Assembly: GCF_006345805.1 (NCBI RefSeq)
Contig: NW_021830031.1
Span: forward strand, 237,493 to 301,492
DNA length: 64,000 nucleotides
Source: Octopus sinensis
Taxonomy: Eukaryota
Direction: 5' to 3'
This document shows, piece after piece, positions 1 through 12,270 of the stretch (the stretch's first letter is position 1; each line of letters starts with the position of its first letter). A program made the position numbers and the translations under genes. Below the pieces are notes generated by a model, which saw only the letters and a list, made by a program, of their open reading frames with translations, was not told the DNA's origin and did not search any database.

Positions 1-352
1 GACCGATAGAATAAGTACCAGGCTTGAAGAAAAAAAAAGTCTTGGGGTCGATTTGTTCAAGTAAAATCCTTCAAGGCGGTGCCCCAGTATGGCAACTGCG
101 TAACGACTGTAACAGTTAAAAGAATAAAAGGTAAAAGAGATACATACACAAATATCTAAGTACCAAAGAGACATGTTCACACACTGTAAGTACAGCTGCA
201 AACACCTACATATATGCACACAACTACCCAACCACATATTTACAAACTGTGTAAACCCTCTTAGCTCAAAAAGGTCTTCTCACTTCGTTAGCGACCGGCT
301 TCAATCCCAAAATGAAGAACTTTGATAAATCTTAAAGAAAATAACACACACA

Positions 353-676
353 AAGATATTAACATCCGCTGGGCAGTTAATTTCCACAACCGTACACAGT
401 TTCTTTTCTCTATCCCAAATCATTATATCAGGTCTGTTGTGCTTACATTTTATTGAGGTCTTCACTGGGACATTCCGCCAGTATCCTTTTTTTTATTGTG
501 TGGCAATGGCTTCTACCATACTGTCGGTTCTTATTTCTTTGTCCCCGGGATTATCCTTCAGACGGATTTCATTACATAGTGTCCTTGCTACAGCATTATG
601 TCTCATCGGTAGATAATACCGTGATGTCATTTTCTGACAACTGCTTATGATGTGAGTCTGCATCGGTTGTCACATT
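353..676 (-). mobile_element. R4/Dong-like (restriction-like endonuclease) LINE fragment
   Basis: Inverted copy of 1519-1850. The minus strand encodes HIISSCQK..RYYLPMR..KGYWRNVPVKTSIKCKHNRPDIMIWDREKKLCTVVEINCPADVNI (Zn-knuckle remnant plus PD..E endonuclease motif). Confidence 0.75.
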
Positions 677-829
677 TTTGTCTTGTCTTGTATGTATGTA
701 TGTTAAGGGTACACGTGTCTGTGGAGTGCTCAGCTGCTTGCACGTTAATTTCACGGGGAAGCTGTTCCGTTGATTGTATCAGTTGGGACCCACATCCTCG
801 TAACCGACGGAGTACTCCTACATACATAC

Positions 830-1020
830 AACGAAAATACTGGAGGATCAGTTAATTATGGTTTTATTCAACATATTCCCCTCTCAGTTTCACACACTTA
901 TTGCAGGGGTCACTACGTTTTTCTAAACCCTGTAAAAAAAAAAAAATACTGGGAAGGTTGGGCCTCCAACCAGGCTTTTCGCAACACCCTTAAAACCAGG
1001 AACTTATTAGCACCTACTCG
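830..1020. mobile_element. Partial mariner-like MITE (same family as 48464-48679 and 50289-50501)
   Basis: Shares gaaaatac.ggaggatcagttaattatggttttattcaacatattccc and the terminal aaaccaggaactt.tcagcacc.ctc with the other copies. Confidence 0.6.
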
Positions 1021-1122
1021 CCTAGGAAACGCTTAATGAAGTTTTAAAAGTACTGAGAAAAGCACTAATGAAGAAAATCACATAAGTTATAAACATACAT
1101 ATATACATACATACATACATGT

Positions 1123-1440
1123 GAAGGTGCGTGGCTTAGTGGTTAGGGCATTCCGCCCCCGATCGTAAGGTCGTGAGTTCAATTCCTGGCGACGCGTTGC
1201 GTCCTTGAGCAAGACACTTTATTTCACATTGCTCCAGTCCACTCGGCTGGTAAAAATGAGTAGTACCTGTATTTCACTATGTCACTCACTATGTCACGCT
1301 GAATCTCCCTGAGAACTATGTTAAGGGTACACGTGTCTGTGGAGTGCTCAGCTACTTGCACGTTAATTTCACAAGCAAGCTGTTCCGTTGATTGTATCAG
1401 CTGGGAGCCACATCGTCGTAGCCGACGGAGTACTCCTAAA
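1123..1440 (+). mobile_element. tRNA-derived SINE, family C (other copies: 700-820 partial, 2622-2887 minus, 49882-50225, 59560-59878 minus)
   Basis: A-box TGGCTTAGTGG, B-box GAGTTCAATTCC, conserved GTCCTTGAGCAAGACACTT body, ends in (CATA)n; several dispersed copies in the window. Confidence 0.8.
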
Positions 1441-1465
1441 TGCATACATACATACATACATTCAT

Positions 1466-1502
<37 letters not shown>

Positions 1503-1518
1503 ACACACACACACACAC

Positions 1519-2130
1519 AAATGTGACAACCGATACAGACTTACATCATAAGCAGTTGTCAGAAAATGACATCACGGTATTATCTACCGATGAGACATGA
1601 TGTAGCAAGGACACCCTGTAATGAAATCCGTCCGAAGGATAATCCCGGGGACAAAGAAATAAGAACCGACAGTATGGTAGAAGCCATTTCCACACAATAA
1701 AAAAAAGGGTACTGGTGGAATGTTCCAGTGAAGACCTCAATAAAATGTAAGCACAACAGACCTGATATAATGATTTGGGATAGAGAAAAGAAACTGTGTA
1801 CGGTTGTGGAAATTAACTGCCCAGCGGATGTTAATATAAAGCTGAAGATCAATGAAAAAGAGAACACTAAACTGAACTATTGATAAATCTGCAGTTAATC
1901 TATACAGATTACAAGTTCAGGTTTATACCTGTAATTATTGGAGCCCTGAGATATGTAACACACTGCCTAAATACCAGTCTTGAGAAATTAGGCTTCTCAA
2001 AACCAGAAAGGAGGAAGCTAATTCGAAGACTACAGATCCAATCCATCACTGGAACTGTAAAAATCTGTAAAACTTTCCAGAAGTTTATCATTTAAATATA
2101 TATGAGTATGTCTAGATATGTAACTATATG
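1519..2130 (+). mobile_element. R4/Dong-like LINE 3' fragment
   Basis: Encodes KCKHNRPDIMIWDREKKLCTVVEINCPADVN..FRFIPVIIGAL..LQIQSITGTVKICKTFQKFII*, then a short 3' UTR and a CATA-type repeat. Confidence 0.8.
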
Positions 2131-2303
2131 CATGAGAACACATACACACATACATACACTTTTATTATAGCTGCAAAAATCTTCACGAAGTGTTGCTCAG
2201 AGTTTCACGTTCCCGTTCATCGGACAGTTATGATGGATACTGATCAATGAATGGTGAAGATTTTTGCAGCTATAATAAACGTATATGTATGTATGTGTGT
2301 ATT

Positions 2304-2337
<34 letters not shown>

Positions 2338-2439
2338 TGTATGTATGTATGTATGTATGTATGTATGTATATATGTATGTATGTATGTGTGTATGCATGC
2401 ATGCATGTATGTATGAATGAATGAATGTATGTATGTATT

Positions 2440-2620
2440 CTCATGCATATAGTTACATATCTATATAAGCTCATATATATTTAAATGATAAACTTCTGGA
2501 AAGTTTTACAGATTTTTACAGTTCCAGTAAAGAAGCCTAATTTCTCAGTGTGTTATATATCACAGGGCTCCAATAATTACAGGTATAAGCCTGAACTTGT
2601 AATCTGGATAGAGTAACTGC
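2440..2620 (-). mobile_element. R4/Dong-like LINE 3' end, inverted relative to 1890-2130
   Basis: Reverse complement of the 3' end (ggaactgtaaaaatctgtaaaactttccagaagtttatcatttaaat..gcatgagaa), followed on its own strand by (CATA)n. Confidence 0.75.
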
Positions 2621-3439
2621 CTGCTCTTAAAATTAACGTGCAAGTGGCTGAGTGCTCTACAGACACAAATGCCCCTAACTTAGTTCTCAGGGAGATTCAG
2701 CGTGACACAGAATATGACAAGGCTGGCCCCTTTGAAATATAGGTACAACTTATTTTTGCCAGCTGAGTGGACTGGAGCAATGTGAAATAAAGTGTCTTGC
2801 TCAAGGAGGGCAACGCGTTGCCGGGAATTGAACTCCCGACCCTGCGATCGTGAGCCGAATGTCCTAAACACTCAGCCACGCGCCTTCTCCCACATAGATT
2901 AAGTATTAGGCCCCTTAACCCATAGGGCTCCCGAGAAACCTCTTAGTGTGCCCATACTTTAAGATAACCCTGATGATACCATTGATCTAAGTACTAGGAT
3001 AGTATTTGGTTTATCTTCCCCACAAAGATAAAAGGTTAAGTCCACTTCAGCAGGCTTTGAACTCGGAACGTAACGAACTGGAAGAAATATTTGCGATGCG
3101 ATTTGTTCGATGGTTTAACGATTCTCTTAATCTACCGTCTTCATCAAACTAACTAATAAAACAAGAGTGGTGGAAGCACTTCGTCGGTTACGACGATGAG
3201 GGTTCCGGTTGATCCGATCAACGGAACAGCTTGCTCGTGAAATTAACGTGTAAGTGGCTGAGCACTCCACAGACACGTGTACCCTTAACGTAGTTCTCGG
3301 GGATATTCAGCGTGACACAGAGAGTGACAAGGCCGGCTCCTTGAAATACAGGTACAACAGAAACAGGAAGTAAGAGTGAGAGAAAGTTGTGGTGAAAGAG
3401 TACAGCAGGGATCACCACCATCCCTGCCGGAGCCTCGTG

Positions 3440-3843
3440 TACAAGAGCACTCAGAGAGCGCAAACCTCCGCCAAGGCAACATCAACGTCTTCTCAACGAT
3501 TAGCCAGAGATGATTTCTAAAATGAGAATATCTGAAATAAATTCGACTGCTCTCACAAATGAGAATACTGAAAATGAACCTGACCGCTCTCAAAAATTAA
3601 GCAAAAAGCAAAAAAAAAAACAAAAACAAAAACAAACAAACAAACAAAAAACGGGAAAATAATCTAGAATCTTTGTTCGATACTGGATCGATCTTAAAAT
3701 CTAATCAGTTCGTGCCAGTCACAAGGTTAAATATCCCTGAAAGCTTCATCCGAATCCATCCAGTGGTTCTTAAGATATCTTGTCCACGGACAAGCAAACA
3801 CAACTGAAAACAATACCTCCGCCTTAGCGAAGGCGGAGGTAAT
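3440..3843 (+). mobile_element. Non-autonomous Helentron/DINE-1(HINE)-like element (partial copies 4045-4190, 55550-55690)
   Basis: Subterminal ACCTCCGCC near the 5' end, internal (AAAC)n, and 3' hairpin ACCTCCGCCTT-agcg-AAGGCGGAGGT. Family assignment is from architecture only. Confidence 0.5.
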
Positions 3844-4016
3844 AGTAATAATAATTATAATAATAATAATTGATATGAGATCACCATGTCGTGCACATAT
3901 GGTTGTGATGAATGTGCCTGGTGTACCTTTATCAGACGGGTAGTCATGATGGGTATACTGGGCTTCGTATATTTTACCCCAGTGTCACTTTGATGGCATG
4001 CACTGCTCTCTCACTC

Positions 4017-4048
<32 letters not shown>

Positions 4049-5979
4049 GAGCACTCAGAGAGCGCAAACCTCCGCCAAAGCAACACCAACGTCTTTCAAC
4101 GATTAGCCGGAGATGATTTTTAAAATGAGAATATCTGAAATAAACTCGACTGCTCTCAGAAACATTAATACTAAGAATGAACCCGACCATACATACATAC
4201 ATACATACATACATACATACATACATACATACATACATACATACATACATACATACATACATACATACATGCATGCATGCATGTATGTATCTGTGTTTGA
4301 CGCCACCAACACTTCATAACCGAAGTTGGTTTGTTTATGTTCCTGCAATGTAATCGTTTCCTCAAAAGAGACCAATAGAACAAGGAGCAGACTAAAAAAA
4401 AATTACTGGTGGTGATTTGATTGGCTAAAAGAACCTTTGAAAACGGTGCCCAAGCATGGCCGCAGTGTAATGACTGAACAAAATAATGATAAAACATGAA
4501 GATATTCTGATAAAAATATCTTGATTATGTATCTGAGCACCAAAAACACCGACCTTACTTTTAATCATCAAAGACATTGGATTTAAATCGTTAACACAAT
4601 TAAAGGGATCTTTTGTTATGACATTTTACATGTTATTGTTGTATTTTGGGTGGGTCTTACTGCCAACAAGCAAACACACACTGATTATGTTTCACTTCAA
4701 TTTTATAACCCAATTAGATAATAAATCAGTTGATCAGTTGGTTAATAGATTAGCCTGTTAAAGTCTTTTCGTCACACTCTGTGACTTTGTCAATCACCAT
4801 ATGCCTTTCTCTCAGACAAAACCTGCAGCAGCATGCCATTCAACCGTGTATACACATTTAGTATGACTCAAAGATGGAGATTTTATTTAAATTCCTATTC
4901 CGTTCGCCGAGTTTATTTTTATACAGCCCGACCAGCTTACTGCAATATCAGCGAACGTATTATTTTTCTATATATCGAAGCCCGCATGATTTTCGTCTAA
5001 GTGGCAAACGGATGCACGGCATTCGAAATCCCTAAGGGGACCGAAAGACATCTGTCGTTCTTGTGAGTCACCGTAACGACACTATTCGCCTCGCTCCGAT
5101 GTTTATTGTTTGAGGCGATGAATTGGTAGAAACGTTAGCATGCTGGGTAAAATGCTTAGCAGTATTTCGTTTGTCTTCGTGTTCAGAGTTAATTCCGCCG
5201 AGGTTGACTTTGCCTTTTATCCGTTCAAGGTCGATAAATTAAGTACCAGTTGCGTACTGGGGGCGATCTAATCGACTGGGCCCCTTCCCCCAAAATTTCG
5301 AGCCTTGTGCCTTAGTAGAAAAAGATATTTATTGTTTTGAACATGTCTATGAAGAGATTTCCTCTAAAAAAAAAAATACAACCTCGTCACTTTCAACACT
5401 GTATATACATTTAGTGTGATACACAGATAGCGGCTTTATACTTTATAGTATTTTTTAAAGTAAATTCTGTATTCCATATTCTATTTCAGGTTCTGTCATA
5501 AACTGGTTTTTAATGGAAGGATTAAAAAATCTGTGCAACAGGCACAAGTTTCAGACACAATTGCTTTCTGGATTGAAACGTTCAGGGATTCGATTATTCG
5601 AAAATCTATTATCAAAGTTAGCTTTAATCTCTGCAAAAGAATAGTTGCTATAAAATGTCGGTTGGTTGGTTGGTTGGTTGGTCGATTGGTTTATTGTTTG
5701 ATTAGTTGATTTCTCCAATCACACTGTAAATCATATAGAGAGAGGAAGAGAGAGGAAGAGAGAGAGAGAGAGAGAGAGAGGGAGGGAGAGGAATAGAGAG
5801 TGTATGTGTGTTAACATAAAATGTGCATGATGAGTGCACGTACTAGGCTTGGTGGCACGCAATGAGTAAAAAGTCGCCTTCCTCGCACACAAGATGAGAG
5901 AGAAAAAATCAGATAAAGAGAGAGGAGAAGAAGTAGAGGAAGTAAATAACAAAGTATGTGTGGGAGGGGTTATGCAAAT

Positions 5980-6445
5980 GCTAGCTGGCAGAATCGTTAG
6001 CACCCCGGGCGAAATGCGTAGCCGTGTTTCGTCTGCCGTTACGTTCTGAGTTCAAATTCCGCCAAGGTCGACTTTGCCTTTCATCCTTTCGGGGTCGATA
6101 AATTAAGTACCAGTTACGCACTGGGATCGATGTAATCGACTTAATCCATTTGTCTCTCCTTGTTTGTCCCCTCTGTGTTTAGTCCCTTGTGGTTAGTAAA
6201 GAAACAGGTATTTCGTCTGTTGCTACGTTCTGAGTTCAAATTCCGAAGGCGGCGGGCTAGCAGAAACGTTAGCACGCCGGGCGAAATGCTTAGCAGTATT
6301 TCGTCTGTCGTTACGTTCTGAGTTCAAATTCCGCCGAGGTCGACTTTGCCTTTCATCCTTTCAGGGTCGATTAAATAAGTACTTAATTCGTTTGTCTTTG
6401 TTTGTCCTCTTTGTGTTCAGCCCCTTGTGGGTAGTAAAGAAATAG
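5980..6445 (+). mobile_element. Tandem tRNA-derived SINEs, family A, with a Deu/Nin-like central domain (many copies, e.g. 5113-5325, 15625-15855, 30310-30695, 37325-37552, 43734-43965, 47613-48045, 60680-61631, 63209-63370)
   Basis: Head ggcggcgagctggcagaa..gagttcaaattcc and central GCCTTTCATCCTTTCGGGGTCGATAAATTAAGTACC. Confidence 0.8.
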
Positions 6446-6639
6446 GTTATGCAAATGTGAAATAAGGATATATTCTCCTATGGCAAAATACAACAGCGAT
6501 TTGCACATTTACGTTCGAATCTACCGGAATGTATTAAGAATGAATGTATTCGTGGTTTTTTAAATTTTATTCAATAATATCTGAAGGTAACAGTTTCATA
6601 TTTACAGAGCTAATGTGTTAAAGTCGTTATAAAAGCCAT

Positions 6640-7290
6640 AAAATGTGACAACCGATTCAGACTTTGTGGAGTTCACACTGAAGATATCATTCGCATCATA
6701 AGCAGTTGTCAGAAAATGTCATCCTGGTATTATCTACCGATGAGACATGATGTTGCTAGGACACTCTATAATGAAATCCGTCTGAAGGCTAATCCCGAGG
6801 ACAAAGAAATAAGAACCTACAATATGGTAGAAGCCATGACCACTCATGATAAAAAGGAATGCTGGTGGAATATACCAGTGAAGACTTCAATAAAATGTAA
6901 GCACAACAGACCTGATATAATGATCTGAGACAGAGAAGAGAAAGCTGTGTACGATTGTGGAAATTAGCTGCCCGGCTGATGTTAAACCAAAGCTGAAGAT
7001 CATTGAAAAAGAGAACACCTAAGCTGAACTATTGAGAAATCTGCAGTTATTCTATCCAAATTACAAGTTCAGGTTTATACCTGTAATTATTGGAGCTCTG
7101 GGATATGTGACACACTACCTAAACACCAATCTTGAGAAAGTAGAATTCTTGAAACAACAAAGGAAAAAGCCATTTCGAAGACTACAGATCCAATCCATCA
7201 CTGGAACTGTAAATGTCTGTAAAACTTTTCAGAAGTTTATCATTTAAATATATATGAACATATCTAGATATGCAACTATATGCATGAGAA
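6640..7290 (+). mobile_element. R4/Dong-like LINE 3' fragment
   Basis: KCDNRFRLCGVHTEDIIRIISSCQKMSSWYYLPMRHDVARTLY..KHNRPDIMI..FIPVIIGALGYV..KTFQKFII*; followed by (CATA)n. Confidence 0.8.
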
Positions 7291-7952
7291 TACATAAATA
7301 AAACATACAAATTTGCACATACATACAAAAATACATACATACACACATACATACATTCATACATACATGCATGCATGCATACATACATACATACATACAT
7401 ACATACATACATACATACATACATACAAAAACACCCTGTTGTTGATACTGAAATTCCAATGAAGGAGCTTTGGATCTAGGTTAGAAACCGGCTCTTTCTC
7501 TATTGGCAAGAAATCTTGAAATAAACTGAGTAATGACATACATGCACAAATACACACACGCGCGCGCATTCATATATTTATACAGACACAAACATTCACT
7601 GATGTTGCGAACAAGCGTCTGACTGAAAGAAAATCCGGTACATGCAATTGAATATTCATTTCATCATTTCGTATAAACAGCAAGAAATTTATAAAAGCTG
7701 AATTATGATTATTGTATGTACGGCATACTTCCTGTTATTACTAATATTGGTAAAAATATATACTTCGAAAGTTACCCTTCATCTGAGAAGTAAAGCTCTA
7801 ATATTGTTCATATCGAAACGTGGAAGGTACATTTTAGCCGTTTAAATACACACAATAATTGTTAAATTTCCATAAACAAAATTTTCGTCTCACTATCAGC
7901 AACCTGGTCACTGACAGTTGGGTCGACGAAAATTTTGACACGAATTAATAAA

Positions 7953-8808
7953 TCTATATACATAAATGTGTAATGGTATCTGTCTGTGTGTGTTTTGGAG
8001 TTACTGTAACACCCGCCCCATGCCGGCCAACCGATTTTAATGATTTTTAGCACGTAGGTAGATCACATGCCCTGAAGTTCAAATAAGGCCGGAATTTTTC
8101 GGAAACTCGATAATGCTTAGTTGGCATCGATTTTTGTGAGTTCAATCGGGCGTTTGAATGGGAATTCCTATAACGATGCAGCTTTTGCATTTTTTGTCCG
8201 ATTTTGATGAAAATCGATGAATGAGCGAGGCTCATGGCAGTGAGTTGATGTCAGTATATGGCGTTGACAAAAAATCGATAATTGCGCCTGACCAGCGGTT
8301 TTATAAAATCAATATCCTTTTTGTGTGCAAATACCCATGGGGATTTTATTTTTGGTCGTAACTTTTATATATTTCATCCGATTTTAACGAAATTTGAGAT
8401 TTAGGTAAAAATTGTGGTAGGGGAGATGGTAAGGGTTTCAGTTTAATTCCAGAGGAATTGGAAGGATACAAGCGTGTATCAGCTTTTTTCAGAGACTATT
8501 CTATCGATTTTGAAGATAAGTTACACGTGATTACAGTGCATATCCATAAGTTGAACGCGGCATGTGGAGTTGACAAAAAAATCGATAATTGTGCGTGAGC
8601 AGGGGAATATTCCAAAATTAATAGACATTTTGCGTGCAATTGAACTACACTCTAATCAATCTGGGTATTATCGGGTATCTCTGCTAAAGTACCTCGAACA
8701 TGACGTCATCCGTAAGATTCAGAAAGAAATTTCATCTAGCAACATTTACAACGGCATAGGCTTATCCTTAACAGAGCATACCCGAGCAACGCCGGGTACA
8801 ACAGCTAG
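7953..8808 (+). mobile_element. Non-autonomous Helitron
   Basis: 5' TC start (a|TCTATATACATAAA), 3' hairpin ACCCGAGCAACGCCGGGT, then CTAG|t; inserted between A and T with no TSD. Confidence 0.75.
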
Positions 8809-9486
8809 TATCTAGCGCGAAGTTAAACGGTTTTTGAGTGTTTCTGAATGGCTTAATGTGTCTTTCATGCCCATATTAACCATTCAAAACCAAAAATTGT
8901 TAACTTCTCATAAGCGTTTACTTTCTAGTGTCAAAATTTTCGTCGCGCTATCTGAAACCTGGTCACTGACATCAATCAACTTCGCCTCAGCGGCGAGTAA
9001 CCTGGCCGTAGAATATTTATTGTGAAGTTAACGGTTTTTGTGTGTTTCTGAATGGTTTAATATGTGCCTTTCGTGCTGTAATTGTTTTACTTTCAACAGG
9101 CGGTCTCAAATCAACTCGCTTGCTAGACAAATATATCTCTGAATTTCTCATATAACAACCGGCAAATGCTGATGTAGAAAGATTATTTAGCTGTGTGAAG
9201 TTTAATAAATCAGATAATTGTAGTCGTTTAGGCATAAAAAATAAAATTGTAAGAGAAGCTCCAAATACAAAAATAAAATGGACAAAAGCAAAATTCAAGA
9301 AAAACATGGTGCCGGTCTAATTGTAAATTACCATTTGAAGTTTTAATGAAAATTGGATCAATAGGTAATTAGTTATAAATTATTTGAGAGATTCATCGAA
9401 GGAGAATGATACTGAAGCAGAATATTATTGATTAAGGCAATTATTATTTGTGTTAATTTCTTCTTAATCTAATTACAATCAGAGCT

Positions 9487-9487
<1 letters not shown>

Positions 9488-9566
<79 letters not shown>

Positions 9567-9915
9567 GTGTGTGTGTGTGTCTGTGTGTCTGTGTGTGTGT
9601 CTGTGTGTCTGTGTGTGTGTGCGTGTGTGTGCGCGCGTGTGTCTGTGTGTGTATACATATGCATACATATAAATACACACATATATATATACAAACGTAT
9701 ATATATATACATACTCAAATACACACGCGCACGCGCGTTCAAACACATACACCAACACACACACGCACGTGTTTATATATACATGTGTGTGAACAAACGA
9801 ACCAAAATAGCACTCAAGACATTTCGTTGGAACTATTTCTTAAACTGTTATGCGTGTGTGTGTATTTGTATGTGTGTGTGTGCGTGAGTGAGTGAGTGTG
9901 TGCGAGCGAGTGTGA

Positions 9916-9955
<40 letters not shown>

Positions 9956-9988
9956 AAGGGAGAGAGAGAGAGAGAGGGAGAGAGAGAG
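9488..9988. repeat. Compound (TA)n/(TG)n/(GA)n microsatellite
   Basis: Directly visible. Confidence 0.95.
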
Positions 9989-10184
9989 TTGATCTGATGA
10001 ACTAGGTTTCTTTCGTTATTTGCATTAATTAACACAATATAATTGTAGAAACGGTGAGCGTACATATTAATGAAAAACATGTATGCATAATTCCATGCAA
10101 ACTGAAATTAGTACTACAAGAAGAAGGTTGCGAAACGGCTGTAACCCTATAGAAGTCACGTGGTTTGTTGTGATGCTCTTATGG

Positions 10185-11432
10185 TTACTGTATTGAAAGT
10201 GTTTTGCGTAGGATGTGTGCAGTGCCCAGTAGTGCAATTTTGGTGTTTTTGTTGAGTATTTGTCTGAATATTTTTTTATCATACCTAATGCGCTTACTAT
10301 GACAGGAATTGTTTCTGTTTTTAAATACCACATTTGAGTTACCTCTATTTCCAGCTCTTTGTATTTTGATAATTTCTCCATTTCTTTTAGAGAAACGTTG
10401 TCATCTACTGGTATTGATACATCAGTTAGAAAGCATTTTTTTTCTTCGTGACTCTGACAACTATATCTGGCCTATTGGCCTTAATTTCTCTATCTGTGTG
10501 TATTGGCATATCCCATAGTATGGTTGCTTTCTCGTTTTCTGTGACCTTTTCTGGCGTGTGCTTATACCATCTTTCTTCTGTTGTCATTCCATAGTGTTGT
10601 CATAGCTTCCAGTGTATGTAGGCCCAAACTCTATCGTGTCTGTGAATATATTCCTTCTTAGCCAGGACTGGGCAGCCAGAGATAATATGATTTATTGTTT
10701 CTTGTCCATCTCCACATATTCTGTAGTTAGTCGTTATGTTTCTTTTCATGTTTTTCGTAATTTCTGGTGGGGAAGCTTTGGTCTTGTGCTGCAATTAAAA
10801 ATCCTTCAGTCTCTGCTTTGAGTCCTGAGCTTCTCAACCATTGCTGGGATTTTTCTCTGTCTATCTCTTTTGCGTTTAGTTTAGCCCAGTATTTGCCATG
10901 AAGGGGCTTTTCTTGCCATCGTTTTATCAAGGTCCATTGCTATTCTAGTTTTAGTTTGGATTTCATTTGTTTTATAGCTTTTGTTTCTTCTTCTTCTTCT
11001 TCTTCTTCTTCTTCTTCTTCTTCTTCTTCTTCTTCTTCTTCTTCTTCTTCTTCTTCTTCTTCTTCTTCTTCTTCTTCTTCTTCTTCTTCTTCTTCTTCTT
11101 CTTCATATTTGTTAGGTTGTATGACTTCTTGTTTGTATTTGTCAGCTTCCTTAAATACTGAAAACAGCTATTTGTGTTGCTCGTGTTTTGTGGCTATTTG
11201 TATTAGTTTTCCTTGCTTTTGAAGTAGATATTTTTGCAGTCCTATGGTGATTATTTTATAATAGTTTCCCAGCTATATAAGGCCTCTACCACCTTCTATA
11301 CGTTGTGTATATAGCCTTTCTATGTCACATTTTGGGTGGTGCATCCCAGATCCTGTCATTATTTTTCTTGTTTTCCTGTCTATTTAGGTTAGTTCATTTA
11401 GTGTCCAGTTAAGGATATTGTAGCTGTAACTT
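10185..11432 (-). mobile_element. Second R4/Dong-like LINE family, decayed 3' part of the ORF
   Basis: Minus strand: RWQEKPLHGKYW..GLKAETEGFLIAAQDQ..RICGDGQETINHIISGCPVLAKKEYIHRHDRV..EKLSKYKELEIE..IPVIVSALG..IALLGTAHILRKTLSIQ*; contains frameshifts. Confidence 0.85.
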
Positions 11433-11914
11433 ATATAGAGCAGCGGACAATTTACCTTCCCGTATTTGAAACCGTTCTTTACATTCTGTGTTCGAATCCT
11501 ACCGAGGTCAGTTTTATCTTTTGTCCTTCAAAGGTCGATAAAATAAAGTACCAATCAATTACCAGTCGATGGTATCGACTAAATCTATACCTTTCAAAAT
11601 TGCTGGCTTTGACCCTGAATCAGACGTTAGTATTAAGGGAGCCCAGGGTACCATAGGAGAAAAGACACCTTCTAACTATTTACGCCTTTGTATGTTTCGT
11701 GTTCGAATCTCACCGATGTTGAACTGCGCATTTTCTATATATCAGGGTTTCGTTATAATAAAACATCAATCAAATATTGGCGGGAGTCGATTTCATAGTT
11801 CTATAAAAAAACACCTTGGATGTGAATGGAATTATAATTAGATGCAGATTCCTGGCTTTGCATTGAATGTTGGAATTCTTTCCCCTCCTCCTACCCCCTT
11901 CTTTCTCCCTGTCT

Positions 11915-12081
11915 TTCTTCTTCTTCTTCTTCTTCTTCTTCTTCTTCTTCTTCTTCTTCTTCTTCTTCTTCTTCTTCTTCTCATAACGATCATTATTGCC
12001 GACGCCATCGTCATCGTCGCTGTTGCCGCTGCCGCTGTCACTCGCCGGTTGTTATTGTTATTGTGGTGGTGGTGGAGGTGG

Positions 12082-12127
<46 letters not shown>

Positions 12128-12270
12128 TATCATCATCATCATCATCATCATCAATGTCATCATTATGGTGATTTGGTGGTGATGGTATTGGTGGTCGACG
12201 GCGTCGTCGTCGTCGTCATCATCATCATCATCATCATCATCATCACCATCACCATCACCATCATCGCCAT
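11915..12270. repeat. (TTC)n, (CAT)n, (GTC)n trinucleotide cluster
   Basis: Directly visible. Confidence 0.95.

Noticed and set aside
1123-1200. tRNA gene
   Set aside because: tRNA-like head continues into a multi-copy SINE body, so it is not a standalone tRNA.
9469-9895. Long ORFs of CV/HT/YI dipeptides (also 27979-28567, 38146-39330, 51565-52170, 53586-54716)
   Set aside because: They are translations of dinucleotide microsatellites with no coding signal.
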